From NCBI RefSeq assembly GCF_001194135.2, contig NC_068985.1, positions 106,819 to 161,178 of the forward strand: DNA of 54,360 nucleotides, given 5' to 3'. Numbering within the stretch: position 1 is the first letter of the stretch; each line of letters begins with the position of its first letter. The stretch is from Octopus bimaculoides. Lineage: Eukaryota. Positions 1 through 11,476 of this stretch are shown one piece after another. Below the pieces are notes generated by a model. That model was not told where the DNA came from. It was given only the letters and a program-made list of their open reading frames with translations, and did no database searches. The position numbers and the translations under genes are program-made.

Positions 1-178
1 AGGTGGCACGTAAAAAGCATCCACTACACTCTCGGAGTGGTTGGCATTAGGAAGGGCATCCAGCTGTAGAAACTCTGCCAAATCAGACTGGAGCCTGGTG
101 TTGCCATCCGGTTTCACCAGTCCTCAGTCAAATCGTCCAACCCATGCTAGCATGGAAAGCGGACGTTAAACGATGATG

Positions 179-180
<2 letters not shown>
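1..180 (+). mobile_element. 3' tail module of the RTE-associated short repeat, ending in (GAT)n
   Basis: gcacgtaaaaagcatccactacactctcggagtgg...aatcgtccaacccatgctagcatggaaagcggacgttaaacgatgatgat. The same module recurs more than 10 times in the window and forms the 3' end of RTE copies. Confidence 0.9.
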
Positions 181-210
<30 letters not shown>

Positions 211-228
211 GTGTGTGTGTGTGTGTGT

Positions 229-460
229 CTTGAGCAAGACACTTTATTTCCACATTACTCCCGTTCACTCAGCTGTAGAAATGAGTTGTGATGTCATTGA
301 TGTCAAGCTGTATCAGCCCCTTTGCCTTTCCCTTGGATAACACCAATGTTGTAGAGAGGGAAGGTTGGTATGTATCGGTGACAACTGGTCTTCTATAAAG
401 AACCTTGCCCAGATTTGTGTCTCAGAGAGTATTTCTAGGTTTTCTAGGCTTTACCCTTTA
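229..460 (+). mobile_element. SINE body (same family as 40280-40600)
   Basis: Shares ctcagctgtagaaatga...tgtgatgtca...tgtatcagc...ccttggataac with the copy at 40380-40560. Confidence 0.75.
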
Positions 461-635
461 TCATCATCTCATTATTGTCGTTTAACGTCCTCTTTCCCTG
501 CTGGCATGGGTTGGATGGTTTGACTGAGGGCTGGCAAGCCAGAAGGCTGCACCAGGCTCTAATGTGATCTGGCAAAGTTTCTATAGCTGGATGCCCTTCC
601 TAACACCAACCACTCTGAGTGTCGTGGGTGCTTTA
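461..635 (-). mobile_element. RTE-tail/SINE module, antisense
   Basis: Reverse complement of the tail module: catcatc...tttaacgtcc...gcatgggttggatggtttgactgagg...ctggatgcccttcctaac. Confidence 0.85.
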
Positions 636-747
636 GTGTACAAATGATACAATAGATCAATCAAGGATTAAGGCCAGTATAGTCAGGCTTGAAAACCCAA
701 TTTTTCTGCAAAAAAATTAACACTACAAAGAAGGAAAAATAGCATAC

Positions 748-889
748 ATCACAGACTATATTGACATATGTGGGACACATTGTTATTTCAAGAAGCTCCT
801 GTTCTGAAAGTTCCCATAATCTCAGAAATTTTGCAATGTGGAGCAAAACTGGTTTCGTCCACTTTCTCTCGCTCAAAATCCAATGTTGT
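748..889 (-). other. candidate exon of an unidentified minus-strand gene
   Basis: Open frame QHWILSERKWTKPVLLHIAKFLRLWELSEQELLEITMCPTYVNIVCD ending at GAT|GTATGC. Non-repetitive sequence beside a CpG-containing region. No good acceptor, and no upstream ATG in frame. Confidence 0.3.
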
Positions 890-1479
890 CTGTGATTTTT
901 TTTTCCTTTTTTGAGACAGGCTTTGGTAATTCATGACATTGCATGCCAAGTTCCTTAAAGCATTCACTCAAAACATACAGAAATCACAGCATTACCAACA
1001 CTGACTTTGGACGCTCAACAGAAGAGCAGAGCAGAGGTGGCTGCAGCTATCACGTTCCGACTGAATTCACCGACCTTCGCAGAATATAATCACAAAACCC
1101 TCCGAATAAATTAAAAAAGACATCATAGGGTTACCACAACATACACTACACATGTAGTTTCGTATTTATTACTAAGTAGCTCTGCGTAAAGTTTCGTAGC
1201 CACTGTTATTGTTTGTAGTTTTTCTCAAGTCTTGTTTATTTGTTGATATATTTTTAAATATGGAAATTTAGGTTTAGAAAATAATATTCTGAGTAAGTGG
1301 GAAAATGTTTTGAAATATGAGATTGCTCACGTTCAATTTAGTCAGATTTTTCTCATATTATAGTTATGCTATACACACAAAAAAAAATTAACGGAGACCC
1401 AACGAAAGATTTATTCTGTTAAATACATGAAGGCGACAGCGGTTGGTCAATATAGAAAACCTGCTTCCCTGGAAGTCAA

Positions 1480-1990
1480 CTCCGCAGCGAAGTTCCTGTC
1501 TACAGTTCGTCTCGTGTAAATCCTTGGAATTTTCCCCTTCATATAGCTTCCCCTCATCGAACTGTTGGCTGTCGTTGGAACCAAGAAGACGTTTTAACTG
1601 CCCTACTCGTGTGTGTGGTTACTTTGATCTTTGGTCGTTGTTTCTTGCCAAGGGTTTGTGTGATTTGCCTGGGGCTGTCCCTGTTTGGTGGTTGGGCTAC
1701 TTGGACGGGACTGCCAATATCGAGATTGGCCGGTTTCAACCCATCGATGGAAACTGTATCATGTCGTCCGCCAATTAGGAGCTGGAGCGATTTGTCTCCC
1801 GGACATATGACTTCAGATGGGCCATTGTAGGGTGATTGGAGGATTTTTGTGTTGCGTGTCACGTCGAACGGACACGAAGTTAGCCGTGCGGAGGTCGTTT
1901 TGTAGGAATGTGACATGGGAATTGGGCGCAACTGGCCCACACTGTCTCTCACTTGCACGAGGTACCTTTCGGCCGAAGTCAAGAAAGTAC
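1480..1990 (-). mobile_element. Ty3/Gypsy LTR retrotransposon remnant (integrase C-terminal GPY/F region)
   Basis: ORF 1554-1982 reads VQVRDSVGQLRPIPMSH...ILQSPYNGPSEV...LIGGRHDTVSIDGLKPANLD, matching the Gypsy integrase tail motif LQPPYxGP...DTVSIDRLKP. Confidence 0.8.
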
Positions 1991-2786
1991 GATGCTACCT
2001 TTATTCTTTCTTCCTCTCTTGTCAGCACAGTATAATCTCTACTCTTTCTCTCTCTACTAGCAGACCGCAAATTCCTCGCCAACCAGTAGGCGAACCTTTT
2101 ATCACTGTCACTACAATTACTGCTGTCTCACTTGCCGGGCAAATAAAAAATGTAAATAATAATCCTTCCTTTTGTGGTGTGATATCTCCACCTGGCGTAA
2201 AGAGCTCTTATGTACCGCAGAAACATCGACGATTGTTCCATCAGCCGCTACAATATGATTGTTTTCGCAATTTAACAAACAGTAATTTTGTTTATATATT
2301 CAAACCTGCTTAAATTAAAGTTCAATGTCGCTAATTTCTTCATTTAAATTAGAGCCGATGCTTACCATCCTACTTCGAAGTTAATAAACAAAAAAAATTA
2401 TACATGAAGCAATATATTCATTGTCAACATTCTTTTTGTTAAATTTTAGATATAAAAAAGAAAACAATTATTACGGTATCTTTATTTGGATTCAAAATTA
2501 GGACACTTCATTGTCAAATAAGTAGGAATTAATTAGGAGGAAAAACAAAGCAACACTGGATAGGACTCCGATTTAGTTGTTTACCTTGGTAGTCATAGTA
2601 ACATCATTAACACAGCTATTCAGCAGATATTTTATTATAGAAAGGAAAAAATAACATACTTCGATATATTTGTTTAAGACTAATCTGAATCTCTTATTTA
2701 ATTTATAAATTAAAAAAATGATAACCGTTTCTATTTAAAAAATATTCCCAAATAATTTTGATATTAAAAAAATCCCACAGCAACAT

Positions 2787-2800
2787 GTTTCTATGACAAC
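2787..2800 (+). promoter_or_regulatory. candidate RFX X-box, about 80 bp upstream of a strong splice donor
   Basis: GTTTCTATGACAAC resembles the palindromic X-box GTTNCCATGGNAAC. AAG|GTAAGT donor at 2879/2880. Confidence 0.4.
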
Positions 2801-3561
2801 AAATATTTATATTACCGTTAACAAACTTTGAATGTTTATTTTTTTTCCTAGTTTTTGTTTTTTTTTTCTTTAACATAAGGTAAGTCTTAATTTTAAGTGT
2901 ATATTATACAAGACTGGGTATATGTTCAGTTTATACACTTACAGTCACAAAATTTAGCAAAATGCCTGTCAATTTTACAGAGACATCCTAAACAGCATTT
3001 GTTACTTTTCAGTAATTAATTATTTACAATGTATTTTAAATATTTTTATCTTCGCCTATAATTTATATTTAATTTTTTTTGTACCGACGCCTTCAAATTC
3101 ATATTTGAAAAAATTTCCGAATTTTCAGATCAGCTTTTTACGTATCATTTATACATATACACGCAATAGGTGCGAGTATATGTGTATACACACACACACA
3201 CAACCTTTCATGTGGGTTGCTTGCATAAAAGGAAGTACATTCTATCTTGCCTGCGCGCCCCACCATGACTGTAGCCACAAGTCCCATGCCTCGACCTTCA
3301 GCGAACGACCTTCCACCAACGCCCTTAAGCCCAACAAAACGAGTCTGACCAAAGCACATACCAAGGCACCCATGTACACACACGCACACACCCCTATAAG
3401 ACAGAAACCCCACAAAATAAACTGTCTTCCACCACCACAACACACACACCTTCGCACAAATTATACCACCCACATATACATAGACACCACGCACACACAT
3501 TACACACCGCATGCCAACATCCCCCCTCCCATGGCTTTATCCTTTACAGAGAGAAAACAGA

Positions 3562-3893
3562 CCAACAAACACAGCTATATATACTTCCATCCCTAGAAAA
3601 AATTATACATACGACACTGCTACACATAACCCCCCCCCNNNNNNNNNNNNNNNNNNNNNNNNNNNNNNNNNNNNNNNNNNNNNNNNNNNNNNNNNNNNNN
3701 NNNNNNNNNNNNNNNNNNNNNNNNNNNNNNNNNNNNNNNNNNNNNNNNNNNNNNNNNNNNNNNNNNNNNNNNNNNNNNNNNNNNNNNNNNNNNNNNNNNN
3801 NNNNNNNNNNNNNGGGGGGGGGGTGTTATGTGTAGCAGTGTCGTATGTATAATTTTTTCTAGGGATGGAAGTATATATAGCTGTGTTTGTTGG
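3562..3893. repeat. ~78-bp inverted repeat flanking an N gap
   Basis: 3562-3638 is the near-perfect reverse complement of 3814-3893. Confidence 0.9.
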
Positions 3894-4224
3894 CTGTGAA
3901 TTCTTAGCCCCTGGCCCCTTTTCTTTCCACCACCTTTTTCACTGCAGCCACTGACCGGTTGTGCTAATCCACCTCCAATAATAGAGAGCAGTTACTATAT
4001 TCCCTTCCATATCAGCTGTCTGTAACGAGCCTAAAGTTATATAATCAGTTTGATACCTAACACTGCATTGTATTCTTTACGTGAAACCAATTGGTAAGAC
4101 CAGCCATGATGGATATTTAATACTATACATTTCAGATAATATACTCACTCTATTGACAGATATACGAGTGCATCTTTTCCTTGACTTATGATCTCCTGAA
4201 CGACTTGCACGTGTATATATAGCT

Positions 4225-4760
4225 ACACACATGAGTAGTGACGCAACATTCCATATGCATATTACCAAAATAGCAACACTGTGCAGGCGAATAACTGGAT
4301 ATATCCTTAGATCATTCAGAACCAGAAATAAGGATACATTGCAACTCCTGTGGAGGACATTTATCCTCAATTATCTGGATTGCAACTCCTAACTGTGGTC
4401 ACCACAGAGCATCAAATTGGTGGCAGAACTTGCGGCAATCCAGCACCACTACACAAAGAAGATTTAGTTGGTGAAAGAGATGAGCTACTGGGAGAGGCTG
4501 CAAGAACTGAAGCTCTATTCCCTGGAGAGAAGGCAGGAAAGGTATGCAGTGACGATCATATGGAAGGTCTAGCTCCCAGCTTTGGAATTAAAAGCTATAC
4601 CAACCACTGAACTGGATGGCACTGCATACTGCCAAAGATACCATCCTCTTCATCTCAGATAAAGACCCAGTATTGCAAAAGCTTGGGTTTCAGAATCTCT
4701 GGAAGGCAGTGCTCCAGCATGGCTCCATCCTCTGGCTGAATCCAGTGAAAGAACAAAAGA
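4225..4760 (+). mobile_element. CR1-clade LINE, RT C-terminal fragment (decayed)
   Basis: Translates MSSDATFHMHITKIATLCRRITGYILRSFRTRNK...SYWERLQELKLYSLERRQERY...GLAPSFGIKSY, with stops and frameshifts. Confidence 0.85.
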
Positions 4761-4774
4761 ACATGCATACATAC

Positions 4775-4824
<50 letters not shown>

Positions 4825-5436
4825 ACTTNNNNNNNNNNNNNNNNNNNNNNNNNNNNNNNNNNNNNNNNNNNNNNNNNNNNNNNNNNNNNNNNNNNNNNNN
4901 NNNNNNNNNNNNNNNNNNNNNNNNNNNNNNNNNNNNNNNNNNNNNNNNNNNNNNNNNNNNNNNNNNNNNNNNNNNNNNNNNNNNNNNNNNNNNNNNNNNN
5001 NNNNNNNNNNNNNNNNNNNNNNNNNNNNNNNNNNNNNNNNNNNNNNNNNNNNNNNNNNNNNNNNNNNNNNNNNNNNNNNNNNNNNNNNNNNNNNNNNNNN
5101 NNNNNNNNNNNNNNNNNNNNNNNNNNNNNNNNNNNNNNNNNNNNNNNNNNNNNNNNNNNNNNNNNNNNNNNNNNNNNNNNNNNNNNNNNNNNNNNNNNNN
5201 NNNNNNNNNNNNNNNNGTATTGTTCCTTTGTGCATCCTGATGATTTTCCATCCAAGGTATTTCAAAATGCAAGATTATATATTTATGTATGTTTTGTAGT
5301 TTTAATTTTGGTTGTGAAATGAAACAATTGTAGGTGAATATGTTAATTAATTAATTAATTTGTATCCATTAGATCTCTCCATTTTCAAACTTAATAGTAT
5401 ATAATTAAACTACACACTGACACTCGTGATGTCATC

Positions 5437-6510
5437 ATGGAAAACAACTGTGGCAAGGCTGATAAGGAAAATCAAGCAGCAACCAGAACTCTCTTTGATC
5501 TATTGAACCAGTGGGCCCACAAAAGAATGCCCCACCCCCACTCCTGTGAACAACCAGTCCGATAAGGACAGGGAAGCTGAAGAAGCAGCAACCCAAAGTC
5601 CTTCCATGCCAGTGGTCCTACAAAGGAATGGAGCCCTCACCCCATTGGACAATGAGAGGAATGCAAGTGCTACCCCCAGTAAAGGAAGGAAAGACCATGA
5701 GCACAAACATAAAGAAGGAAGAAAAGGAAAAGTTGAAACAAAACCCCAAACAATCAAACAAAAAACAGAAAATTCAAATATGGAGGTTCCAATAGAATCT
5801 GAAACCCTAGAGGAAAGAAGAAATTTGGAGTGAAGTCAAGGACATGCAAGTTTTACCTGCAAAGCAAATGTTGGCATGGGAAAGATGGTACAAACTGCCG
5901 GTTTGTTCACCTGAGACCCCAACAAATCTACAGGGGCCTTAAGGAAAAATACTTCCCTGAAGAAAGGCACCAATTGTCTCTAAAGAAGAAGTATACAAAT
6001 GCAGTGAACTCTTCAGATGTCATGTGCGAGGCAACAGCTGAGCAAGAGTCTTTTTTGTGCATGGCACAAAAGATTGTGCAGCAGCTGGTTATGTCAAGTG
6101 CAAAGACGGAACCTTGCCCACCACAATCACCAGACATGCAATGGCCTCCCCTAACACCTCCACAGTTATCACACCAATTTTTTTACTAAATATTGGGGGC
6201 CTGTTGCATCACAACAACAAAAGCAAAATTTTTTTCTTGAGAGACCTTGCTGCATGCAATTAAACCCTATGCATAGCACCCGTGGAAACTCATCTGAGAC
6301 CTGATATAGAGGATGCAGAAGTACACATACCAAAATATACCATACTGTGAATAGACAGAAGGAAAAGAGCCATGGTGGAGTTGCTGTATACATCCATGAA
6401 ATCCTCACACCCCATGTCCTACTGTCATACTCAAATTCAGCATGTGACACTCTAATTGTATACATAAGACAACATAATATAGTCATATTCAATACGTATC
6501 ACCCACTTGA
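5437..6510 (+). mobile_element. CR1-like LINE 5' part: ORF1 with CCCH zinc finger plus start of APE endonuclease (decayed)
   Basis: ORF1 pieces include CKFYLQSKCWHGKDGTNCRFVH. From ~6190: NIGGL...ETHL.PDIEDAEVHIPKY...RQKEKSHGGVAVYI...IFNTYHP (APE EN motifs). Confidence 0.75.
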
Positions 6511-6511
6511 C

Positions 6512-8570
6512 TGTACTCGTTGCCAACCCTCACCTTACTAACAGCGTCCCTACACATGGCTTGCACAGCTTTCACTAACCATTCTTCTATCCCTAGTTTC
6601 CTCATTGACCACCAGATAAGGGATTGGCGGACCCTTCAAAGGCTTTCTCCATGTCAATGAAAGCCAGGTACAGAGGTTCATCTTTGGCTAGATATTTCTC
6701 CTGCAGCTGTCTTACCAGAAATATAGCATCAGTGGTGCTTTTCCCTGGCACGAACACAAACCGCATCTCATCTAAACTGACTCTCTCCCTAATTAGTTAG
6801 GCTATGACCCTCTCTGTGACTTTCATTACCTGATCCAACAGCTTGATACTTCTGTAATTATTTGTATCCAGAGCGTCACCTTTACCTTTGTAGCAGTTGA
6901 CTATGGTGCTGCTACACCAATCATTGAGTATGACTCCTTCGTGTATCACCTGGTTAACTATACGGGTGACTAGGCTATAGCCGACACTTCCAGATATTTT
7001 GAGCATCTCTGCAGTGATTCCTGATGGGCCGAGGGCTTTCCCTGTCTTCATACTCTTAATTGCTTTATCTACCAAGGTACTGTCAACTCGGATAGCTGGC
7101 CCTCTGTTGCGTCGATATTCAGCAGACTCTCTTTCTCCCATTCATTCTCTTTATTAAGCAGCCTTTCATAGTGACGTCTCCAAACCTCTCTCTTTGCAGC
7201 CTCGTTTAGTGCAAGTGAACCATCATCCATGCAGACACATTTCTCTCCTATGACATCACGATTCTCTCTCACACACTGTCTTGCAACACGAAATACCTCA
7301 AGTCTTTGGTCCTCACGGTGCAGAACATTGGCAAATTTTTTCTTATCTGTTTCCCCTCTGGCTAAATAAACCTGTCTCCTAGCGTCCCTTCTGACAGTCT
7401 GATACAATTCCCTACAACCACCGTTCTTCCAGTCCTTCCAAGCCTGTTTCTTTTGTCTAATAGCCCTGTCAGCAACATTGTTCCACCACCATGTTATTTT
7501 GGGTCGAGAGAGGACTTTACACCATCCACAGATCTGGTCAGTGGCCCTCAGCAGGTTGTCCTGTAGAAACCTCCAGTTGTCTTCCACATCGTGTGAAGCT
7601 ACATCCCCTTCTATTTTGTCAAAGGCTTCGAGTAATATGTCTCTAAATCTCTGTCCATTCACAGGATCTTTGAGCTTCCAGACCCTTCTCCTCCATGCTG
7701 GTTGTCATCTGGGCAACCACTTAGCCCTGATCCTGAAGTCACTAACTACCAGTCTATATTGTGGGGTACATTCTTCACCTGGGAAGGTTTTGGCATTTAT
7801 AAGCAGCCATCTTTCCCTTTTTCTGGCAAGGATGTAGTCAATTTGACTAGTGTGTCTGCCNNNNNNNNNNGCAGCCATCTTTCCCTTTTTCTGGCAAGGA
7901 TGTAGTCAATTTGACTAGTGTGTCTGCCAGAATGGTAGGTGACTAGTTGACTGGTAGGTTTCCTGAAGTTAGTATTACAAACCATAAGATCATTTGCATC
8001 CTAGAACTCCAGCAGCCTGGTTCCCTCATTGCGGGAACCAAAACTGTAACCTCTATGTACGCCATGGAAGCCCCCTGCATGTTGTCCAACATGTCCATTC
8101 AAGTCACCAGCCACAAAGAGAAGGTCCCTGTCATTCGTCAATTAGGTAGTCTGCAAGAAGGTGTCATAAAATCAGTCTTTTTGTCCATCGAGTAGCCCCA
8201 GCTGAGGGGCATAGGCCGAGATAATGGTTGCTAACCCATGGCGAAGGACTAATCTAATCTTTAGTATTCTGTCGCATATTCTGACTGTTGCGATTACCTT
8301 ATCCACCCATTTCTCTGCAAGAAGTATACCCACACCCCCGATCCCATCTGTTCCCTGCCCAGAAAATCTTGTACCTGTGTTCTTTGCCTGTGAAGAAACC
8401 TAATGGAACCTCCTCTCCACTTTACCTCTTGGAGGCAGCAGATATTGACACATCTCCATTCAAGCATCTCAACAATCTCACCTGACCTACCTTTCAGTGT
8501 GCTGATGTTGAGAGTGCCAACCTTGAGGGTGTGGGAGGTATGGGCCTGTGAGACCCTGGGACAGGGGACG
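6512..8570 (-). mobile_element. RTE-clade LINE, endonuclease plus N-terminal RT (decayed, 3' part missing)
   Basis: VGTLNISTLKGRSGEIVEML...CLQEVKWRGGS; SQIDYILAR; ATDQICGWCK; MKTGKALGPSGITAEMLK; YKGKGDALDTNNYRSIKLLDQVMKV. Confidence 0.92.
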
Positions 8571-8754
8571 TATGCATGTATGTATGTATGTATGTATGCA
8601 TGTATGATAGTAAATGTTTAAGATTTTCAACAGCTTTTACGCTAAAATTTCATTTAGTGTAGTGGTGAAAGATTACATCATAATATACAATTCATCATCA
8701 ACTGGTAAAATCTTAAGCAGATAATATTTTAAGCAGTCAACCTGGCTGTAGCCT

Positions 8755-9550
8755 GACCGGGACCTTTGGAAATATGCAGTACGTGAGAAGACCCGGCAAG
8801 CCAAGTGAGCGCATAATCTGTGGCCTCTGCCAGAAGTGTAGCCAGCTCACTAATTCATATCTTTACTTCATTGGACACTAAACTCTGTTTGCGAAAACCT
8901 GTTGGGGCAAGTGAAATTGAAATCGTAATTGAACCATATTCGATGACTGGCACCTGTGCCAGTGGGGCAGTAACAACACACTCCGAGTGTGATCATTGCC
9001 AGAGCAGCTGTCTGGCTTCTGTACTAGTGGCCTGTAAATAGCACCATTTGAGTGTGATCGTTACCAGCGTCACCTTACTGACACTTGTGCCAGTGGCACA
9101 TTAGGAAATCATTTGAGCGAGGTCGTTGCCACTGCCGCTCGACTGGCCCCTGTGCAGGTGGCACAGAAAAAACACCATTTTGAGCGTGACTGTTGCCAGT
9201 ACCGCCTGATTGACCCTTGTGCCAGTGGTACGTAAAAGCACCCACTACACTCTCGGAGTGGTTGGCGTTAGGAAGGGCATCCAACTGTAGAAACTCTGTC
9301 AAATCAGATTGGAGCCTGGTGTAACCACCTGGTTCACCAGTCCTCAGTCAAATTGTCCAACCCATGCTAGCATGGAAAGCGGACGTAAAAACGATGATGA
9401 TGATGATGATGATGATATGGTTGATGTTAGGAAGAGCATCCAGATGAGATTGGAGCCTGGTGCAGCCATCTTGTTCGCCAGTCTTCAGTCAAATCATCCA
9501 ACCCATGCTAGCATGGAAAGCTGATGTTAAACGATGATGATGATGATGAA
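8755..9550 (+). mobile_element. RTE 3' end: ORF2 terminus, tandem 3'UTR units and two tail modules
   Basis: DLWKYAVREKTRQAK* followed by repeated gtgccagtggcac units and two ...catggaaagc...aaacgatgatgat tails. Confidence 0.85.
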
Positions 9551-9759
9551 AACAGACTCTCCATTAAAAATATATTAATTTGAATCTGTTAGATACAATT
9601 TAGCCCTTTACTTTTCTTAGTTTATTTTATATTTTAATTATGCATTAAAACTGTCTCCAGAAAACAGGAAAATCCAGAAATCAGGGAGACTTCCTGCCCC
9701 TGATTCCTGGTTTGGTATTGAACATGTACACACAAACACACACACACACACACGAGGGT

Positions 9760-10560
9760 GTGTGTGTGAAAATTCTTACGAGGCACAAACAAATATTGCA
9801 AACTGCCTGAACAAACATTTCAAAAGTAGTGAAAAGTTCCACCTGGAAAGAACGCTTTTGGAAATTGAGAAAAGCTTGCGTCAATCCCCTGAAAAGAGAA
9901 AGTAGACAAGAAGGCCTGAGTTATAGAAAATATTAAGTTGAACCCCAAAGCTTTCTTTAACTTTGTCAAAGAAATGACTCAGTACACTACAAGACAAGGC
10001 CCCTTGTCCAAAAGGATGGTTCCCTCACATAAAACCCAATAAGGATAAGTGAAATACTGAATGAACAGTTCCAAAGGGTGTTCACTACTCCTTTGGAATA
10101 CAGGCAAGTGAACAAACCAGCAGATTTGTTTACCACTTCACAGCTCTTACAACACTGTGACTGGGTATTAAAGTTGCTCTGCTCAACATCTCAAATCTAC
10201 ATGTGATATGTTTTGACTTTTGCAAAAGCCTTTGATAAAGTCAGCCACGGTATGATTTGTCACAGACTACATGATGACAGTGTAGTTGGAAAACTTGGAG
10301 AGTGTCTACAGGACTTCCTAAAAGATAGAAGTCAGACAGTGGTGGCCAATGAAGTCACCTCAAAGGTAACACAAATAGTAAGTGGTGTTCCCCAGGGCAA
10401 TATCTTAGCATGACTGTTATTCATAGTGGCCCTCTCAGCTATGCCTTCAGTTGCTCAGATAGCCCCTTTTGCTAGCTATGCTGACACAAAAGTCTCTAAA
10501 AGGATAGAGAACCCTGGAAATATTGTGCATCTGCAACAGGAGTGGCAAAGGACAATAATA
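9760..10560 (+). mobile_element. CR1-clade LINE, linker and RT fragments (decayed)
   Basis: IENIKLNPKAFF; FAKAFDKVSHGMICHRL...FLKDRSQTVVAN...SGVPQG; YADTKVSK. Confidence 0.85.
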
Positions 10561-10609
10561 TGCAGTTTAATGCTGGAAAATTCCAAGCTTTGCACTACCA
10601 GTAGACAAA

Positions 10610-10820
10610 CCTTATTCGTGACCTCCTTTATGCAGATGACTGTGAATTTAGTCACTCATACAGTGGATGACATGCAAATACTTGTCATATTTCTACTTCT
10701 TGCATGGCATTTGGACTTAGCATCAGCCTGGAAAAGACTGTTATAATGTTCCAGCCTGCACCAGGAAATCCATATGTGGAACCAGCTATCTTGGTTGAAG
10801 GAACAATATTGAAAGTGGTA
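10610..10820 (+). mobile_element. RTE-BovB-like RT fragment
   Basis: LYADDC...AFGLSISLEKTVIMFQPAPGNPYVEPAILVEG (YADD motif and RTE-type downstream sequence). Confidence 0.7.
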
Positions 10821-11132
10821 GGTCTGGCTAAGTCAAAATGGTTTTTTGTATTCTTCCTTTCTACTTGGAGAGTTTAAATGTAGTTACAATAATATGTCCT
10901 TCTGTTGAAATGAAATTTCAGTAAATTTGTATATCTTTGTGCAGCTGAAGATTGCTCTGCATTTTAAATTTGATGTAATGTTCACATTGCGTAAATAAAT
11001 GGAGTCACATGAAACGATCGTACTGCATTAACTTTGGATATCCTTGTTGCTTATTTTGATTTTAATCACCTTATTTTGGAATTGTTTGGATAATATCATA
11101 CTTAATTCTGGTGCCTAAACTTNNNNNNNNNN

Positions 11133-11476
11133 TATTTATGTGGAGAATGGAGCGACAAATACAAGAAGAAGCAATTCTGTTGGGCTAGTTAACCGTTGTT
11201 TTATTATGTGGAGGTTATGTAATGAGTCATTGTGGAGGTTGGGGTTATGTAGTGAGTCATTGTGGATGTTATGTAATAGTCATTTACGCACGTTTCAATC
11301 TGGCCAATGGTTTGGCAGATCTCTTCAGAATGTTGAGGAGTATGTTAAGAGTTTGTGGTGTGAGAGATGTAGGAGAAGTGATTAGTGGGTATATTAATGT
11401 ATATGGTGGTATAATAATAGCGATAGGTAAAGAAAACCTTACGTAAGGCTTTCTTTACCTATCGCTATTATTATAC
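11133..11476 (-). mobile_element. Penelope-like terminal-repeat remnant with hammerhead motif and terminal palindrome
   Basis: Contains the hammerhead at 11281-11332, short internal tandem repeats (gagtcattgtgga) and a 68-bp palindrome at 11409-11476. Confidence 0.55.
11281..11332 (-). ncRNA. minimal type I hammerhead ribozyme motif
   Basis: Minus strand: catt-CTGAAGA-gatctgccaa(acca)ttggccagatt-GAAAC-gtgc-GTA-aatg. Intact core, 10-bp stem II with one bulge, 2-bp stem III, GUA cleavage triplet and 4-bp stem I (catt/aatg). Confidence 0.8.

Noticed and set aside
3562-3893. Inverted repeat around a gap as a MITE or hairpin locus
   Set aside because: The arms are near-identical and end in poly-C/poly-G exactly at the gap, so a scaffolding or fold-back artefact is at least as likely. 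Kept only as a descriptive feature.
7801-7930. Direct duplication gcagccatctttccc...gtgtgtctgcc on both sides of a 10-N gap
   Set aside because: Typical unmerged contig overlap, i.e. an assembly artefact.
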